Assembly (NCBI GenBank): GCA_019923655.1
Contig: JAHXGL010000001.1
Coordinates: 3,653-67,652 of the forward strand
DNA length: 64,000 nt
Source: Candidatus Nealsonbacteria bacterium
GTDB taxonomy: Bacteria; Patescibacteriota; Minisyncoccia; Minisyncoccales; RBG-13-42-11
Direction: 5' to 3'
The translations under genes were made by a program, and so were the position numbers. Below are positions 1-10,545 of this stretch, in pieces; the stretch's first letter is position 1, and each line of letters begins with the position of its first letter. Below the pieces are notes generated by a model. That model saw only the letters and a program-made list of their open reading frames with translations, made no database searches and had not been told where the DNA came from.

Positions 1-17
1 ATAAATTCCAAATTTAC

Positions 18-52
18 CCCGCCCAAATTTTGCGAAGCAAAATTTAGGCGGG
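18..52. repeat. Long hairpin (15 bp plus 1 mismatch) with a GCGAAGC apex; its 17-mer core TTTTGCGAAGCAAAATT recurs at 114-130
   Basis: cccgcccaaattttgc-gaa-gcaaaatttaggcggg read directly; the second copy lies just 5' of the groL ATG. Confidence 0.6.
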
Positions 53-100
53 TGAACAAATCCAAAATTCAAAACATATAGTTTGTAATTTGATATTTGA

Positions 101-1753
<1,653 letters not shown>

Positions 1754-1761
1754 TCAATTCT

Positions 1762-1980
1762 ATGGCTCAATATTTACCGATAATTCAGATTTTTGTGGCA
1801 ATTATTTTAATAGTTTTGATTCTTTTACAGCAAAGAGGAACAGCTCTTGGCAGTGGTTTTGGCGGAGAAGGGGGTTTTTACGCTACTCGGCGAGGAATTC
1901 AGCAAAAAATCTTTTTAGCAACCATAGTTTTTGGAACTCTTTTTATTCTTTTAGCGCTTTTTAATTTAGCTTTGTCTTAA
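1762..1980 (+). CDS. secG: Preprotein translocase subunit SecG
   Basis: 72 aa with two hydrophobic helices flanking LLQQRGTALGSGFGGEGG, the typical SecG Gly-rich loop. Confidence 0.8.
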   Translation: MAQYLPIIQIFVAIILIVLILLQQRGTALGSGFGGEGGFYATRRGIQQKIFLATIVFGTLFILLALFNLALS

Positions 1981-2004
1981 TTTTTTCATCTTTGTCTTGC
2001 TTTA

Positions 2005-2080
2005 CTGTCGGGGTTTGACCCCGACAGTGCTGTCGGGGTTTGACCCCGACAGCACCCCGACAGCATACCGACAGCATAAT
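2005..2080. repeat. Two tandem 23-nt palindromes CTGTCGGGGTTTGACCCCGACAG followed by decayed half-copies (CCGACAGCA x2)
   Basis: Read directly at 2005-2027 and 2030-2052; lies downstream of secG. Confidence 0.85.
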
Positions 2081-2082
2081 GC

Positions 2083-3741
2083 ATGTTTTCTAAATGGCCC
2101 AGTAAATCTCAATGGCTTCAATTTTTTAAGGTCCTGGACAAAAAAGAAAAAATCGCTTTTTTAGTTTTTGCTGTTTTGGCTTTTAGCAGTTTTTTCTTTT
2201 TGGTTTGCAGTTTCTATCTTAAAAATACCAGGATTGTACCAGCTTATGGCGGAGTCCATATTGAAGGCTTAATTGGCCAGCCAAGATTTATTAATCCGAT
2301 TTTCGCTCCTCTTAGCGATGTTGACCGGGATTTAACCGGGCTTATTTTTTCCGGCTTAATGAAATATGATATTCTTGGAAATCTTGTGCAGGATTTAGCT
2401 GATTGTCAGGTTAAAGAGCAGGGCCGAGTTTATGAATGCGTTTTAAGGCAGGATATTTTTTGGCATGACGGCCAAAGACTTACCCTTGATGATGTTATTT
2501 TTACCCTTGAAATAATCCAGGACCCGGTTTTTAAAAGTCCTTTATGGCCAAAATGGCTAGGCGTAAAAATAGAAAAAATTTCTGAGCAAACAATTCGTTT
2601 TATTCTGCCAGCCCCTTCAGCTTCTTTTTTAGAGAATTTAACTTTGAAAATCCTGCCCAGGCATATTTGGCGCAATATTTCTCATAAGGCCTTTCATTTG
2701 GCTTCTTACAACCTTAGGCCTGTTGGTTCTGGTCCTTACAAGTTTAGAGAAATTAAAAAAGACGAATTAGGCAGAATAGAAGTCCTGTCTTTAATTGCTA
2801 ATCCGCAGTATTTTCGCGGTAAGCCTTTTATTTCCGAAATTGATTTTTTATTTTTCCGCAATGAGCAAGAATTGGTAAAAGCGGCTCATCAAGGACAAAT
2901 TACCGGTTTTTCTTTGTGTCCCTTAAATCCAGCTAATGCATTTGGACGAAATTGGCAAATTCATTTTCTTGTTCTGCCAAGGTATTTCGCTGTTTTTTTC
3001 AACCCTCAAGAAGCAAAAGTTTTCCAAGACATAAATGTCCGCCAAGCATTAAATTACGCTGTTAATCAACAAGAAATTATTGCTTATCTGTTTCACAAGC
3101 AAGGTCAAAAGGTTTCTTCTCCTATTTTGCCGGAGATTTTTAATTTTTCCGCTCCGCAAAAAATTTTTGAGCCCAATTTAGAAAAAGCAAGAGAACTTTT
3201 GGAAAAAGCCGGCTTCCACAAAGAAAATCCTTTAAGATTTTCTCTTTCCACGGTTGACCATCCGCAGCTGCGAGAAACAGCTTATCTTCTAAAAAAACAA
3301 TGGCAGGCAGTTGGCGTAGAAGTTGAGATTAATATTTATGATATTGTTGAGCTTAAACGAGAAGTTATCAGGAATAGAAATTTCCAAAGTTTATTGTTTG
3401 GTCAAATTCTGAGCGCGATTCCCGACCCTTTTGTTTTTTGGCATTCGCTTCAGAGAAGAGACCCTGGATTGAATTTGGCTATTTTTGATAATAACAGGGC
3501 AGATTTTCTTTTAGAACGAGCTCGCCAAACCCTTAATCAAACAGCAAGAAGAGAGAAATTAGAAGAATTTCAGAACATTGTGATTGAACAAGCGCCAGCA
3601 GTTTTTTTATATAACCCTTATTATCTTTATTTAGTTTCCAGGACAATTAAAAAACCGGAAATGGAATTGATTATTACTCCGGCTGAAAGATTTACTAATA
3701 TAGAAGAATGGTATATTAGAACAAGAAGAATATGGCATTAG
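2083..3741 (+). CDS. ABC transporter substrate-binding protein, family 5 (peptide/nickel/oligosaccharide type), N-terminally membrane-anchored
   Basis: 552 aa with an N-terminal TM segment and overall SBP_bac_5-like sequence (GPYKF..., NP.YF.GKP). Confidence 0.75.
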   Translation: MFSKWPSKSQWLQFFKVLDKKEKIAFLVFAVLAFSSFFFLVCSFYLKNTRIVPAYGGVHIEGLIGQPRFINPIFAPLSDVDRDLTGLIFSGLMKYDILGNLVQDLADCQVKEQGRVYECVLRQDIFWHDGQRLTLDDVIFTLEIIQDPVFKSPLWPKWLGVKIEKISEQTIRFILPAPSASFLENLTLKILPRHIWRNISHKAFHLASYNLRPVGSGPYKFREIKKDELGRIEVLSLIANPQYFRGKPFISEIDFLFFRNEQELVKAAHQGQITGFSLCPLNPANAFGRNWQIHFLVLPRYFAVFFNPQEAKVFQDINVRQALNYAVNQQEIIAYLFHKQGQKVSSPILPEIFNFSAPQKIFEPNLEKARELLEKAGFHKENPLRFSLSTVDHPQLRETAYLLKKQWQAVGVEVEINIYDIVELKREVIRNRNFQSLLFGQILSAIPDPFVFWHSLQRRDPGLNLAIFDNNRADFLLERARQTLNQTARREKLEEFQNIVIEQAPAVFLYNPYYLYLVSRTIKKPEMELIITPAERFTNIEEWYIRTRRIWH

Positions 3742-3765
3742 GAGTGTTCAAGTCCACACTCCTAA
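3738..3765. terminator. Hairpin TTAGGAGTGT-N8-ACACTCCTAA overlapping the stop codon of the SBP gene
   Basis: 10-bp stem read directly. The same AGGAGTGTG...CACACTCCT arms occur at 40509-40538. No clear U-tract. Confidence 0.45.
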
Positions 3766-3792
3766 GATTGACAAGGTTTTTGTAAATGATAA

Positions 3793-3827
3793 GGTAGAAG
3801 GTAGAAGGTAGAAGGTAGAAGGTAGAG
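3793..3827. repeat. Heptamer microsatellite (GGTAGAA)x4 plus GGTAGAG
   Basis: Five exact-period 7-nt units read directly, 29 nt upstream of the GH130 gene ATG. Confidence 0.9.
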
Positions 3828-3855
3828 AGCGCCTAAGGGGTCAGACTTCACTAAT

Positions 3856-5853
3856 ATGCAGTTGGAGCGTTATAAAAACAATCCTATTTTAGAGCCGAGA
3901 AAAGAGCATGCCTGGGAAACAGGAGGTGTTTTTAATCCAAGCGTAATTTACGAACAAGGAAAAGTCTATATTGTTTATCGGGCTTTTTCTAAAGATCATA
4001 CTTCTAGTTTAGGTTTGGCAATTAGCAAGGACGGATTTAACATTGACGAGAGATTGCCAGAACCGATTTATAAGCCGCGAGAAAGTTTTGAAAAAAAAGC
4101 TAAACCAGGGGTTTGGTCGGGATGCGAAGACCCGAGAATTACTAAAATAGGCGACCGGTTTTATATGTGTTATACCGCGTTTGATGGAGTTCATCCAACC
4201 AGAGTCGCTCTAACATCAATAAAAGTAAAAGATTTTCTCGCTTTTCGCTGGAAATGGGAAAAACCGGTTTTAATTTCACCGCCAGGCATAGATGATAAAA
4301 ACGCTTGTATTCTGCCTCAAAAAATTAAAGGGAAATATTTTATTTTTCATCGATTTCATCCCTGTATTTGGATTGATTCAGTTAAAGATTTAAATTTCAA
4401 AAAAGACACTTGGATTAAAGGAAGTTGTTGGTTTATGCCGAGAACGGATAAATGGGATAGCCGAAAAATCGGCATTGGTCCGGTGCCGATAAAAACAAAA
4501 CAGGGCTGGCTTTTGATTTATCACGGCCTTTCTGAACAAGATAGAAAATACCGATTAGGCGCAATGCTATTAGATCTTAAAGACCCTTCCAGGGTTCTTT
4601 GCCGGCCAAATAATTTTATTTTGGAACCGCAGCAGGACTACGAAAAACAAGGAGTAGTTCCTAATGTTGTTTTTACTAATGGAGCAATAATAATTAAAGA
4701 CCAATTGTTTATTTATTACGGCGCCGCGGACAATGTTATCGGACTTGCCACAGTGAATCTAAATGAATTTTTGAAAGAATTAACGGAAAAAGCTGATTAT
4801 AAAATTGAACTTATAAGGCACAAACGAAACCCTATCTTAAAACCAAATATAAAAAATTGGTGGGAAGCTGATGCTGTTTTTAATCCTTGCGTTATCAAAG
4901 ATGAAAAAAACATTTTTCATATGGTTTATCGGGCTCATTCTTCTCAATTTTTTGATGAACATAAACCAGGATTTCATATTTCTTTTTTAGGATATGCCAA
5001 TAGTAAAAATGGAAGTACTTTTAAAAATCGTCGTCTATTTTTTAAGCCAGAGCATAAATGGGAATATTTTGGCTGTGAAGACCCAAGAATAACTAAATTT
5101 GGAAATCAGTACTTTATTTTTTATACCGCTGTTTCTCATTTTCCTTCTTCGCAAGAATATGTTAAAATAGCCTTAGCAACAACTAAGGACTTTAAAACAA
5201 TTACCAAGCATGGCATTGTAACGCCATTTAACGCAAAGTGCATGGTTCTTTTTCCGGAAAGAATCAACGGAAAAATGGTAGCAATTTTTGCTTTAGAGCC
5301 GGACTTGCGGCCATTAAAGACGGGTATTGCTTTTTTTAACGATATTCAAGAAATTTTATCTCAAGAATATTGGGATAAGTGGTGGATTGAAAAGGACCAA
5401 CAAGGTAAAAATATTTTATTTCCCCCAACGCCAGATTTAGAAATTGAAGTGGGCGCCCCTCCTATAAAAACAAAACAGGGCTGGTTGCTGATATTGGCTT
5501 ATATCACAGGAATTAGTCTTCCTGGTCCAGATGTTTTTGGCATCGGCGCCGCGCTTTTAGACCTAAAAGATCCAACTAAGATATTAGCTAAAAGCGATTA
5601 TCCTTTTTTAATTCCTAAAACGCAATACGAGATAAGATATATGCGGCCGAATGCTATTATCTTTCCTTCTGGCGCGGTTGTGAAGAACAAAGAATTATTA
5701 GTCTATTATGGGGCAGGCGACAAAATTTGCTGTTTAGCATTTTATAATTTAGAAAGATTAATAAAAATTTTATTAAAAAGCTCATCTCGCGCTTACTCTT
5801 CAAAATTCGCAGTCTTCCAAACCACGAAGGGGTTTGGAAACGAAGAATTTTGA
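3856..5853 (+). CDS. Tandem-domain glycoside hydrolase family 130-like protein (two GH130/DUF377 modules)
   Basis: NPILEPR..WE..GVFNPSVIYEQGKVYIVYRA and GCEDPRITKIGDRFYMCYTAFDG in the N-half; a second GCEDPRITKFGNQYFIFYTA module in the C-half. The last ~24 codons are encoded by a palindromic repeat. Confidence 0.8.
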   Translation: MQLERYKNNPILEPRKEHAWETGGVFNPSVIYEQGKVYIVYRAFSKDHTSSLGLAISKDGFNIDERLPEPIYKPRESFEKKAKPGVWSGCEDPRITKIGDRFYMCYTAFDGVHPTRVALTSIKVKDFLAFRWKWEKPVLISPPGIDDKNACILPQKIKGKYFIFHRFHPCIWIDSVKDLNFKKDTWIKGSCWFMPRTDKWDSRKIGIGPVPIKTKQGWLLIYHGLSEQDRKYRLGAMLLDLKDPSRVLCRPNNFILEPQQDYEKQGVVPNVVFTNGAIIIKDQLFIYYGAADNVIGLATVNLNEFLKELTEKADYKIELIRHKRNPILKPNIKNWWEADAVFNPCVIKDEKNIFHMVYRAHSSQFFDEHKPGFHISFLGYANSKNGSTFKNRRLFFKPEHKWEYFGCEDPRITKFGNQYFIFYTAVSHFPSSQEYVKIALATTKDFKTITKHGIVTPFNAKCMVLFPERINGKMVAIFALEPDLRPLKTGIAFFNDIQEILSQEYWDKWWIEKDQQGKNILFPPTPDLEIEVGAPPIKTKQGWLLILAYITGISLPGPDVFGIGAALLDLKDPTKILAKSDYPFLIPKTQYEIRYMRPNAIIFPSGAVVKNKELLVYYGAGDKICCLAFYNLERLIKILLKSSSRAYSSKFAVFQTTKGFGNEEF

Positions 5854-5856
5854 AAG
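5796..5856. repeat. Nested palindromic module: outer arms CTCTTCAAAATTC/GAATTTTGAAAG, inner arms TCTTCCAAACC/GGTTTGGAAAC
   Basis: Read directly; supplies the C-terminal tail and the TGA stop of the 3856..5853 ORF. Confidence 0.85.
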
Positions 5857-5864
5857 TTTAGTTT

Positions 5865-7631
5865 ATGCTTAATTTTAATATACAAATTAAAAATTATTTT
5901 CAAAATCCGATTTTATTTTCTAACCAGAAAGGAGCTCCAACAGTTATTGCAAAAGAGAAAAAGGTTTTTTTATTTTTTGAAGAAAACAATGCCATCTATT
6001 TAGCAACAAGCAAGGATGGAATAAATTTTAAAAAATATAATAAAAATCCTTTAATAGAAGAAAGCGGCGCAAGATGCGCAAATCCGAAAATAACAAAAAT
6101 AAAAAGAAATTATTTTTTAATTTATGAGGCTAAAAAAAAGAACAGCAGTAAAACTTATCTTTACTTCGCTCTTTCAAAGAATCTTTTTAAGTGGGAAAAG
6201 ATGGGCGAAATTAGCCCAAGGAAGAAATTGAGCATTATTCAAGATTATAAATATAATGGAAAAATATGCGGTTATTTTATTGGCAGAGACTCAATAAAAA
6301 TAGCTTTTTCAAAGAACTTAAAAAAATGGCAAGTTAAAGTTAAAAAAGAACCAATATTTTTTACAGAAAAGAATGAAAACATAAAAACAGGGCCAAGTCC
6401 GATTGTCGCAGAACAGGGAATTTTGTTTTTTTATAATACAGTTAATTCTGCTAAAAAAGGTACCAAATATTATTCTTGGAACTTGATTCTTTTTGATAAA
6501 GAAAATCCTGGTAAAATTTTATGGAGAACGAAAGAACCTATTTTTAGTTCAGAAAACAATAAAATTACTCTTGGCGGTTTAGTAAAATTTCAAGGAAGAT
6601 GGCTTTTGTATTATTACAGCGAGATTGATAAGGGTATTAATATTGCTTTTCTGGATTTTTGGGAAGATATCAAAGAAGAAGAATCTTCCAAATTAATAAA
6701 GTTTGAGGGCAATCCAATTTTAGATCCCAGGAAAATATATTTTTGGGAAGATAAGGCCTGTTTTAACGCTGCCGCTATTTATGAACAAAACAAAGTCTAT
6801 ATTGTTTATCGTTCCATTACTAAAGACGATGTTTCGGTTTTGGGTTTGGCAGTAAGCAATGATGGGATTAATATTTCTGAAAGATTAACCGAGCCAATTT
6901 ATGTTCCCAGAGAGCCGTTTGAAATAAATCCTTCCGGTAAAAGAACATATTATATTGGGTTTTCTGGCAGCGGACATTCAGGGTGCGAGGATCCCAGAAT
7001 AGTAAAAATAGAAGACAGATTTTATATGACTTATGTGGCGTTTGACGGCTGTAATCCTCCCCGGATTGCCTTGACCTCAATAAAAGAGAGCGATTTTTTA
7101 AATTATCAATGGAATTGGGAAAAACCAATTTTAATTTCTCCTCCGGGCATAGGCGATAAACAAGCTTGTATTTTTCCGGAAAAGATTATTGGAAATTATA
7201 TTTTTCTTCATCGGATTTTTCCTGATATTTGGATGGATTCTGTCCCGGATTTAAAGTTTAAGGATAGATGGTTAGCTGGAAATATTTTCGCAAGACCGAG
7301 AGAAAGTAAATGGGATAGTTTAAAAATTGGCGCCGCTGCCAGTCCAATAAAAACAGAAAAAGGCTGGCTTCTAATTTATAATGGAGTTAGTAAAAAAGAT
7401 TATAAATACAAAATTGGCGCTATGCTTCTTGATTTGAAAGACCCGAGCCGAGTTTTAGCCAGGAGCAATCAGCCAATTTTAGAGCCTGACAACGAGAAGG
7501 AGGGAAATATTGTCTATTCTTGCGGCTCAGTAATTATCAAAGACCGGCTTTATGTTTATTACGGTCAGAATGATTATAGTTTAGGCGTTGCAACAGCCAA
7601 TTTAGGCGAATTTCTACAAAAGTTGTCTTAA
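5865..7631 (+). CDS. GH130-like protein: divergent N-terminal beta-propeller-like half plus a canonical GH130 C-terminal half
   Basis: The C-half (NPILDPRKIYFWEDKACFNAAAIYEQNKVYIVYRS; GCEDPRIVKIEDRFYMTYVAFDG) is closely paralogous to the N-half of the preceding gene. Confidence 0.75.
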   Translation: MLNFNIQIKNYFQNPILFSNQKGAPTVIAKEKKVFLFFEENNAIYLATSKDGINFKKYNKNPLIEESGARCANPKITKIKRNYFLIYEAKKKNSSKTYLYFALSKNLFKWEKMGEISPRKKLSIIQDYKYNGKICGYFIGRDSIKIAFSKNLKKWQVKVKKEPIFFTEKNENIKTGPSPIVAEQGILFFYNTVNSAKKGTKYYSWNLILFDKENPGKILWRTKEPIFSSENNKITLGGLVKFQGRWLLYYYSEIDKGINIAFLDFWEDIKEEESSKLIKFEGNPILDPRKIYFWEDKACFNAAAIYEQNKVYIVYRSITKDDVSVLGLAVSNDGINISERLTEPIYVPREPFEINPSGKRTYYIGFSGSGHSGCEDPRIVKIEDRFYMTYVAFDGCNPPRIALTSIKESDFLNYQWNWEKPILISPPGIGDKQACIFPEKIIGNYIFLHRIFPDIWMDSVPDLKFKDRWLAGNIFARPRESKWDSLKIGAAASPIKTEKGWLLIYNGVSKKDYKYKIGAMLLDLKDPSRVLARSNQPILEPDNEKEGNIVYSCGSVIIKDRLYVYYGQNDYSLGVATANLGEFLQKLS

Positions 7632-7673
7632 CTTGAATTCTTATATGTTTGTTTCAGAAAAACAGAGAAATGA

Positions 7674-7759
7674 GCCGAGGTGGTGAAATTTGGCTAGACA
7701 CGCAGTCTTCAGAAGGCTGTGAAGGAAACTTCATGCGGGTTCGAGTCCCGCCCTCGGCA
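7674..7759 (+). tRNA. tRNA-Leu(CAG), long variable arm, no encoded CCA
   Basis: Manual cloverleaf: acceptor GCCGAGG/CCTCGGC, anticodon loop TTCAGAA, T-loop TTCGAGT. Confidence 0.9.
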
Positions 7760-7762
7760 TAT

Positions 7763-7785
7763 CTGTCGGGGTCAAACCCCGACAG
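7763..7785. repeat. Palindrome CTGTCGGGGTCAAACCCCGACAG, the reverse-complement orientation of the 2005-2052 units
   Basis: Read directly, 4 nt after tRNA-Leu. Confidence 0.85.
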
Positions 7786-7813
7786 CCTAAAATAATATAA
7801 GAATTAGGTATTT

Positions 7814-9526
7814 ATGATAAGAGAAAAATCTCTCAAAATTATTCCCCTTGGCGGCTTGGGCGAGGTTGGCCGCAATATGACGCTTCTTGAATATAATGAG
7901 GCGGTTTTAATTATTGATATGGGACTTAAAATGCCCGAAGAAGATACGCCGGGCATTGATTATATTGTGCCAAACATTAATTATTTGAGTTCTTTGAATA
8001 AACAAAGCAATGGTTGGCGAAACAGAAAACAAAAGAACATTTTAGGGATAGTTTTTACCCATGGCCATTATGACCATATTGGCGCGATTCCGTATTTAAT
8101 TGAAAAAATTTGGAGTCCTTCTCTGCAATTTTTCGCTTCCCCTTTGACGCGAGGAATAATTCTAAAAAGGCAGGAAGAGTTTCCCGAGCACCCTCAGTTG
8201 AAAATAAATGAAATTAAACACGGTTCTATAATTGAATTAGGTCCTTTTCGGATTGAGTTTTTCAGGCAAAATCACAATATTCCCGACAATTTTGGATTAT
8301 TTATTGAAACGCCAATCGGCAATATTTTACATACTTCTGATTTCAAGTTTGACTTAAATCCGGTAAATGAGCTACCGACTGATTTTCAGAAATTGAGAAC
8401 GCTTTCTGAAAAGAAAATTCTGCTTTTAATGTCAGATTCTACTGGCGCTGAAGAAAATGGCCATTCTTTGTCTGAAAAAACAATTGAAAAAAACCTAGAA
8501 GAAATTTTTCAACGTTCTTCGGGCAGGATTATTGCCGCTACTTTCGCTTCTTTGATTAATAGAATCCAGCAAATTATTTTTTTGTCTGAAAAATATGGAA
8601 GAAAAGTAATAATTGAAGGTTATTCAATAAAGAACAACATGGAAATGGCTGAAAAACTGGGGCGGATTAAATCAAAAAAGGGGACAATTATCAAGGGAAA
8701 AGAAATTGAAAATTATCCTGATTCAAAAATAACTATCTTATGCACCGGCGCCCAGGGAGAGAACCAAGCTGTTTTGATGCGGCTCGCCCAAAAAAGACAC
8801 GCAAGATTACGTCTTAAAAGCGGCGATTCTATTATTCTTTCTTCTTCTGTTATTCCCGGGAATGAAAGGACAGTCCAGGCGCTTAAAGACGCAATCTTGC
8901 GTCAAGGAGTAAAAGTTTTTCATTATAAAATGATGGATATTCATGCTGGCGGTCACGCCCAAGAACAGGAGCTAAAAGAAATGATTAAAATTACCAAGCC
9001 GAAATTTTTTATCCCTATTCATGGCCAATACTCAATGTTAGTTGCTCACGCTGAGATAGCCCGAGACACGGGAATGCCAGAGAAAAATATTGTTATTATT
9101 GAAAACGGCCAGATTATTGATTTAACCCCAAAAACAATTTTTATTAAAAGAACAAAAGTCCCCTCAAACTATGTAATGGTTGACGGTTTAGGCGTTGGTG
9201 ATGTTGGCGAGGTGGTTTTACGAGACAGGCATATGCTGGCTCGGGACGGAATGTTTGTTATTGTAGCAGTAGTAGATAAGCAAAGCGGCAAAGTAATCGG
9301 TTCTCCCGATGTAATCTCAAGGGGCTTTATTTATCTAAGAGAATCAAAGCAATTATTAAAAGAGACCAGACAGCAGGTAATAAAAATTGTTGACCAAGCA
9401 GTAACTTCAGGAGGAACGATTAATTGGATTTATGTCAAAGATGAAATGAGGAATAAAATCGGACAGTTTTTCTACTCTAAAACCAAAAGAAGGCCAATGA
9501 TTTTACCTGTTGTTATAGAAGTATGA
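7814..9526 (+). CDS. rnj: Ribonuclease J (metallo-beta-lactamase/beta-CASP)
   Basis: KIIPLGGLGEVGRNM, THGHYDHIGAIPYL, HASGHA-like HAGGHAQ. Confidence 0.9.
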   Translation: MIREKSLKIIPLGGLGEVGRNMTLLEYNEAVLIIDMGLKMPEEDTPGIDYIVPNINYLSSLNKQSNGWRNRKQKNILGIVFTHGHYDHIGAIPYLIEKIWSPSLQFFASPLTRGIILKRQEEFPEHPQLKINEIKHGSIIELGPFRIEFFRQNHNIPDNFGLFIETPIGNILHTSDFKFDLNPVNELPTDFQKLRTLSEKKILLLMSDSTGAEENGHSLSEKTIEKNLEEIFQRSSGRIIAATFASLINRIQQIIFLSEKYGRKVIIEGYSIKNNMEMAEKLGRIKSKKGTIIKGKEIENYPDSKITILCTGAQGENQAVLMRLAQKRHARLRLKSGDSIILSSSVIPGNERTVQALKDAILRQGVKVFHYKMMDIHAGGHAQEQELKEMIKITKPKFFIPIHGQYSMLVAHAEIARDTGMPEKNIVIIENGQIIDLTPKTIFIKRTKVPSNYVMVDGLGVGDVGEVVLRDRHMLARDGMFVIVAVVDKQSGKVIGSPDVISRGFIYLRESKQLLKETRQQVIKIVDQAVTSGGTINWIYVKDEMRNKIGQFFYSKTKRRPMILPVVIEV

Positions 9527-9552
9527 CAACAAGGGGTCTGACCCCAACTATT

Positions 9553-10530
9553 ATGAAAGTATTTAGCGGTATTCAGCCAACAGGCGCGCTTCATATAGGA
9601 AACTATTTAGGAGCGATAAAACAATGGGTTGAACTTCAAGAAAAAAACGAGTGTGTTTTTTGTATTGTTGATTTGCACGCCTTAACTTCTCCTTATCAAC
9701 CCGAAACTCTGCAAAATTTGATATTGGAAAAAGCGATTGTCTATTTAGCCGCTGGAGTTAATCCTGAAAAAGCGACAATTTTCGTTCAATCAGAAGTTAA
9801 AGAACACTCTGAATTAGCTTGGCTTTTAAATACGATAACGCCAATCGGCGACTTAAACAGAATGACTCAATACAAAGAAAAATCCAAAAAATTCAAACAA
9901 AATGTTAATGCCGGACTCTTAAATTATCCAATTTTAATGGCTGCTGATATTCTTTTGTATCAAACAGATATTGTCCCTGTGGGCCAAGACCAAAAACAGC
10001 ATATTGAAATAACCAGAACCATTGCCAGAAAATTTAATCAAAAATTTGGCCAAACTTTTAAGGTTCCGGAAGCAAAACTGCCTAACGCAGGGGCTAAAAT
10101 AATGAGCTTGACCCAACCAACAAAGAAAATGTCAAAAACCGATCCGCCCGAAAGTCGCATCGGTCTTTTTGACGAGCCGGAAGAAATAAAAGCCAAAATC
10201 ATGAAAGCGGTTACCGACACTGGAAAAACGATAAAATATAACGAAAAATTAAAACCCGGGGTTTCAAACCTTTTAACGATTTATTCTTTATTCTCGGGAA
10301 AAACGGTCAAGGAATTAGAAAAGAAATTTAAAGGGAAAGGATACGCGGAGCTCAAAAAATCCTTATCAGAGCTTTTGATTAACTCTCTGGAGTCTTTCCG
10401 CCGGAAAAAGAAAGAACTCCTCTGTAGAGAAGTCTATGTTAAAGAAATTTTAGAGCAAGGCAGAAAAAGAGCCCAAATTATCGCCTCTTCTACTATCGCA
10501 GATGTCAGAAAAAAGATGGGATTAACTTAA
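9553..10530 (+). CDS. trpS: Tryptophan--tRNA ligase
   Basis: MKVFSGIQPTGALHIGNYLGA (HIGH-type) and KMSKT. The ORF track start at 9523 precedes a small GGGGTCTGACCCC hairpin, so the ATG at 9553 is preferred. Confidence 0.9.
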   Translation: MKVFSGIQPTGALHIGNYLGAIKQWVELQEKNECVFCIVDLHALTSPYQPETLQNLILEKAIVYLAAGVNPEKATIFVQSEVKEHSELAWLLNTITPIGDLNRMTQYKEKSKKFKQNVNAGLLNYPILMAADILLYQTDIVPVGQDQKQHIEITRTIARKFNQKFGQTFKVPEAKLPNAGAKIMSLTQPTKKMSKTDPPESRIGLFDEPEEIKAKIMKAVTDTGKTIKYNEKLKPGVSNLLTIYSLFSGKTVKELEKKFKGKGYAELKKSLSELLINSLESFRRKKKELLCREVYVKEILEQGRKRAQIIASSTIADVRKKMGLT

Positions 10531-10545
10531 TATCCTGGATCTATT

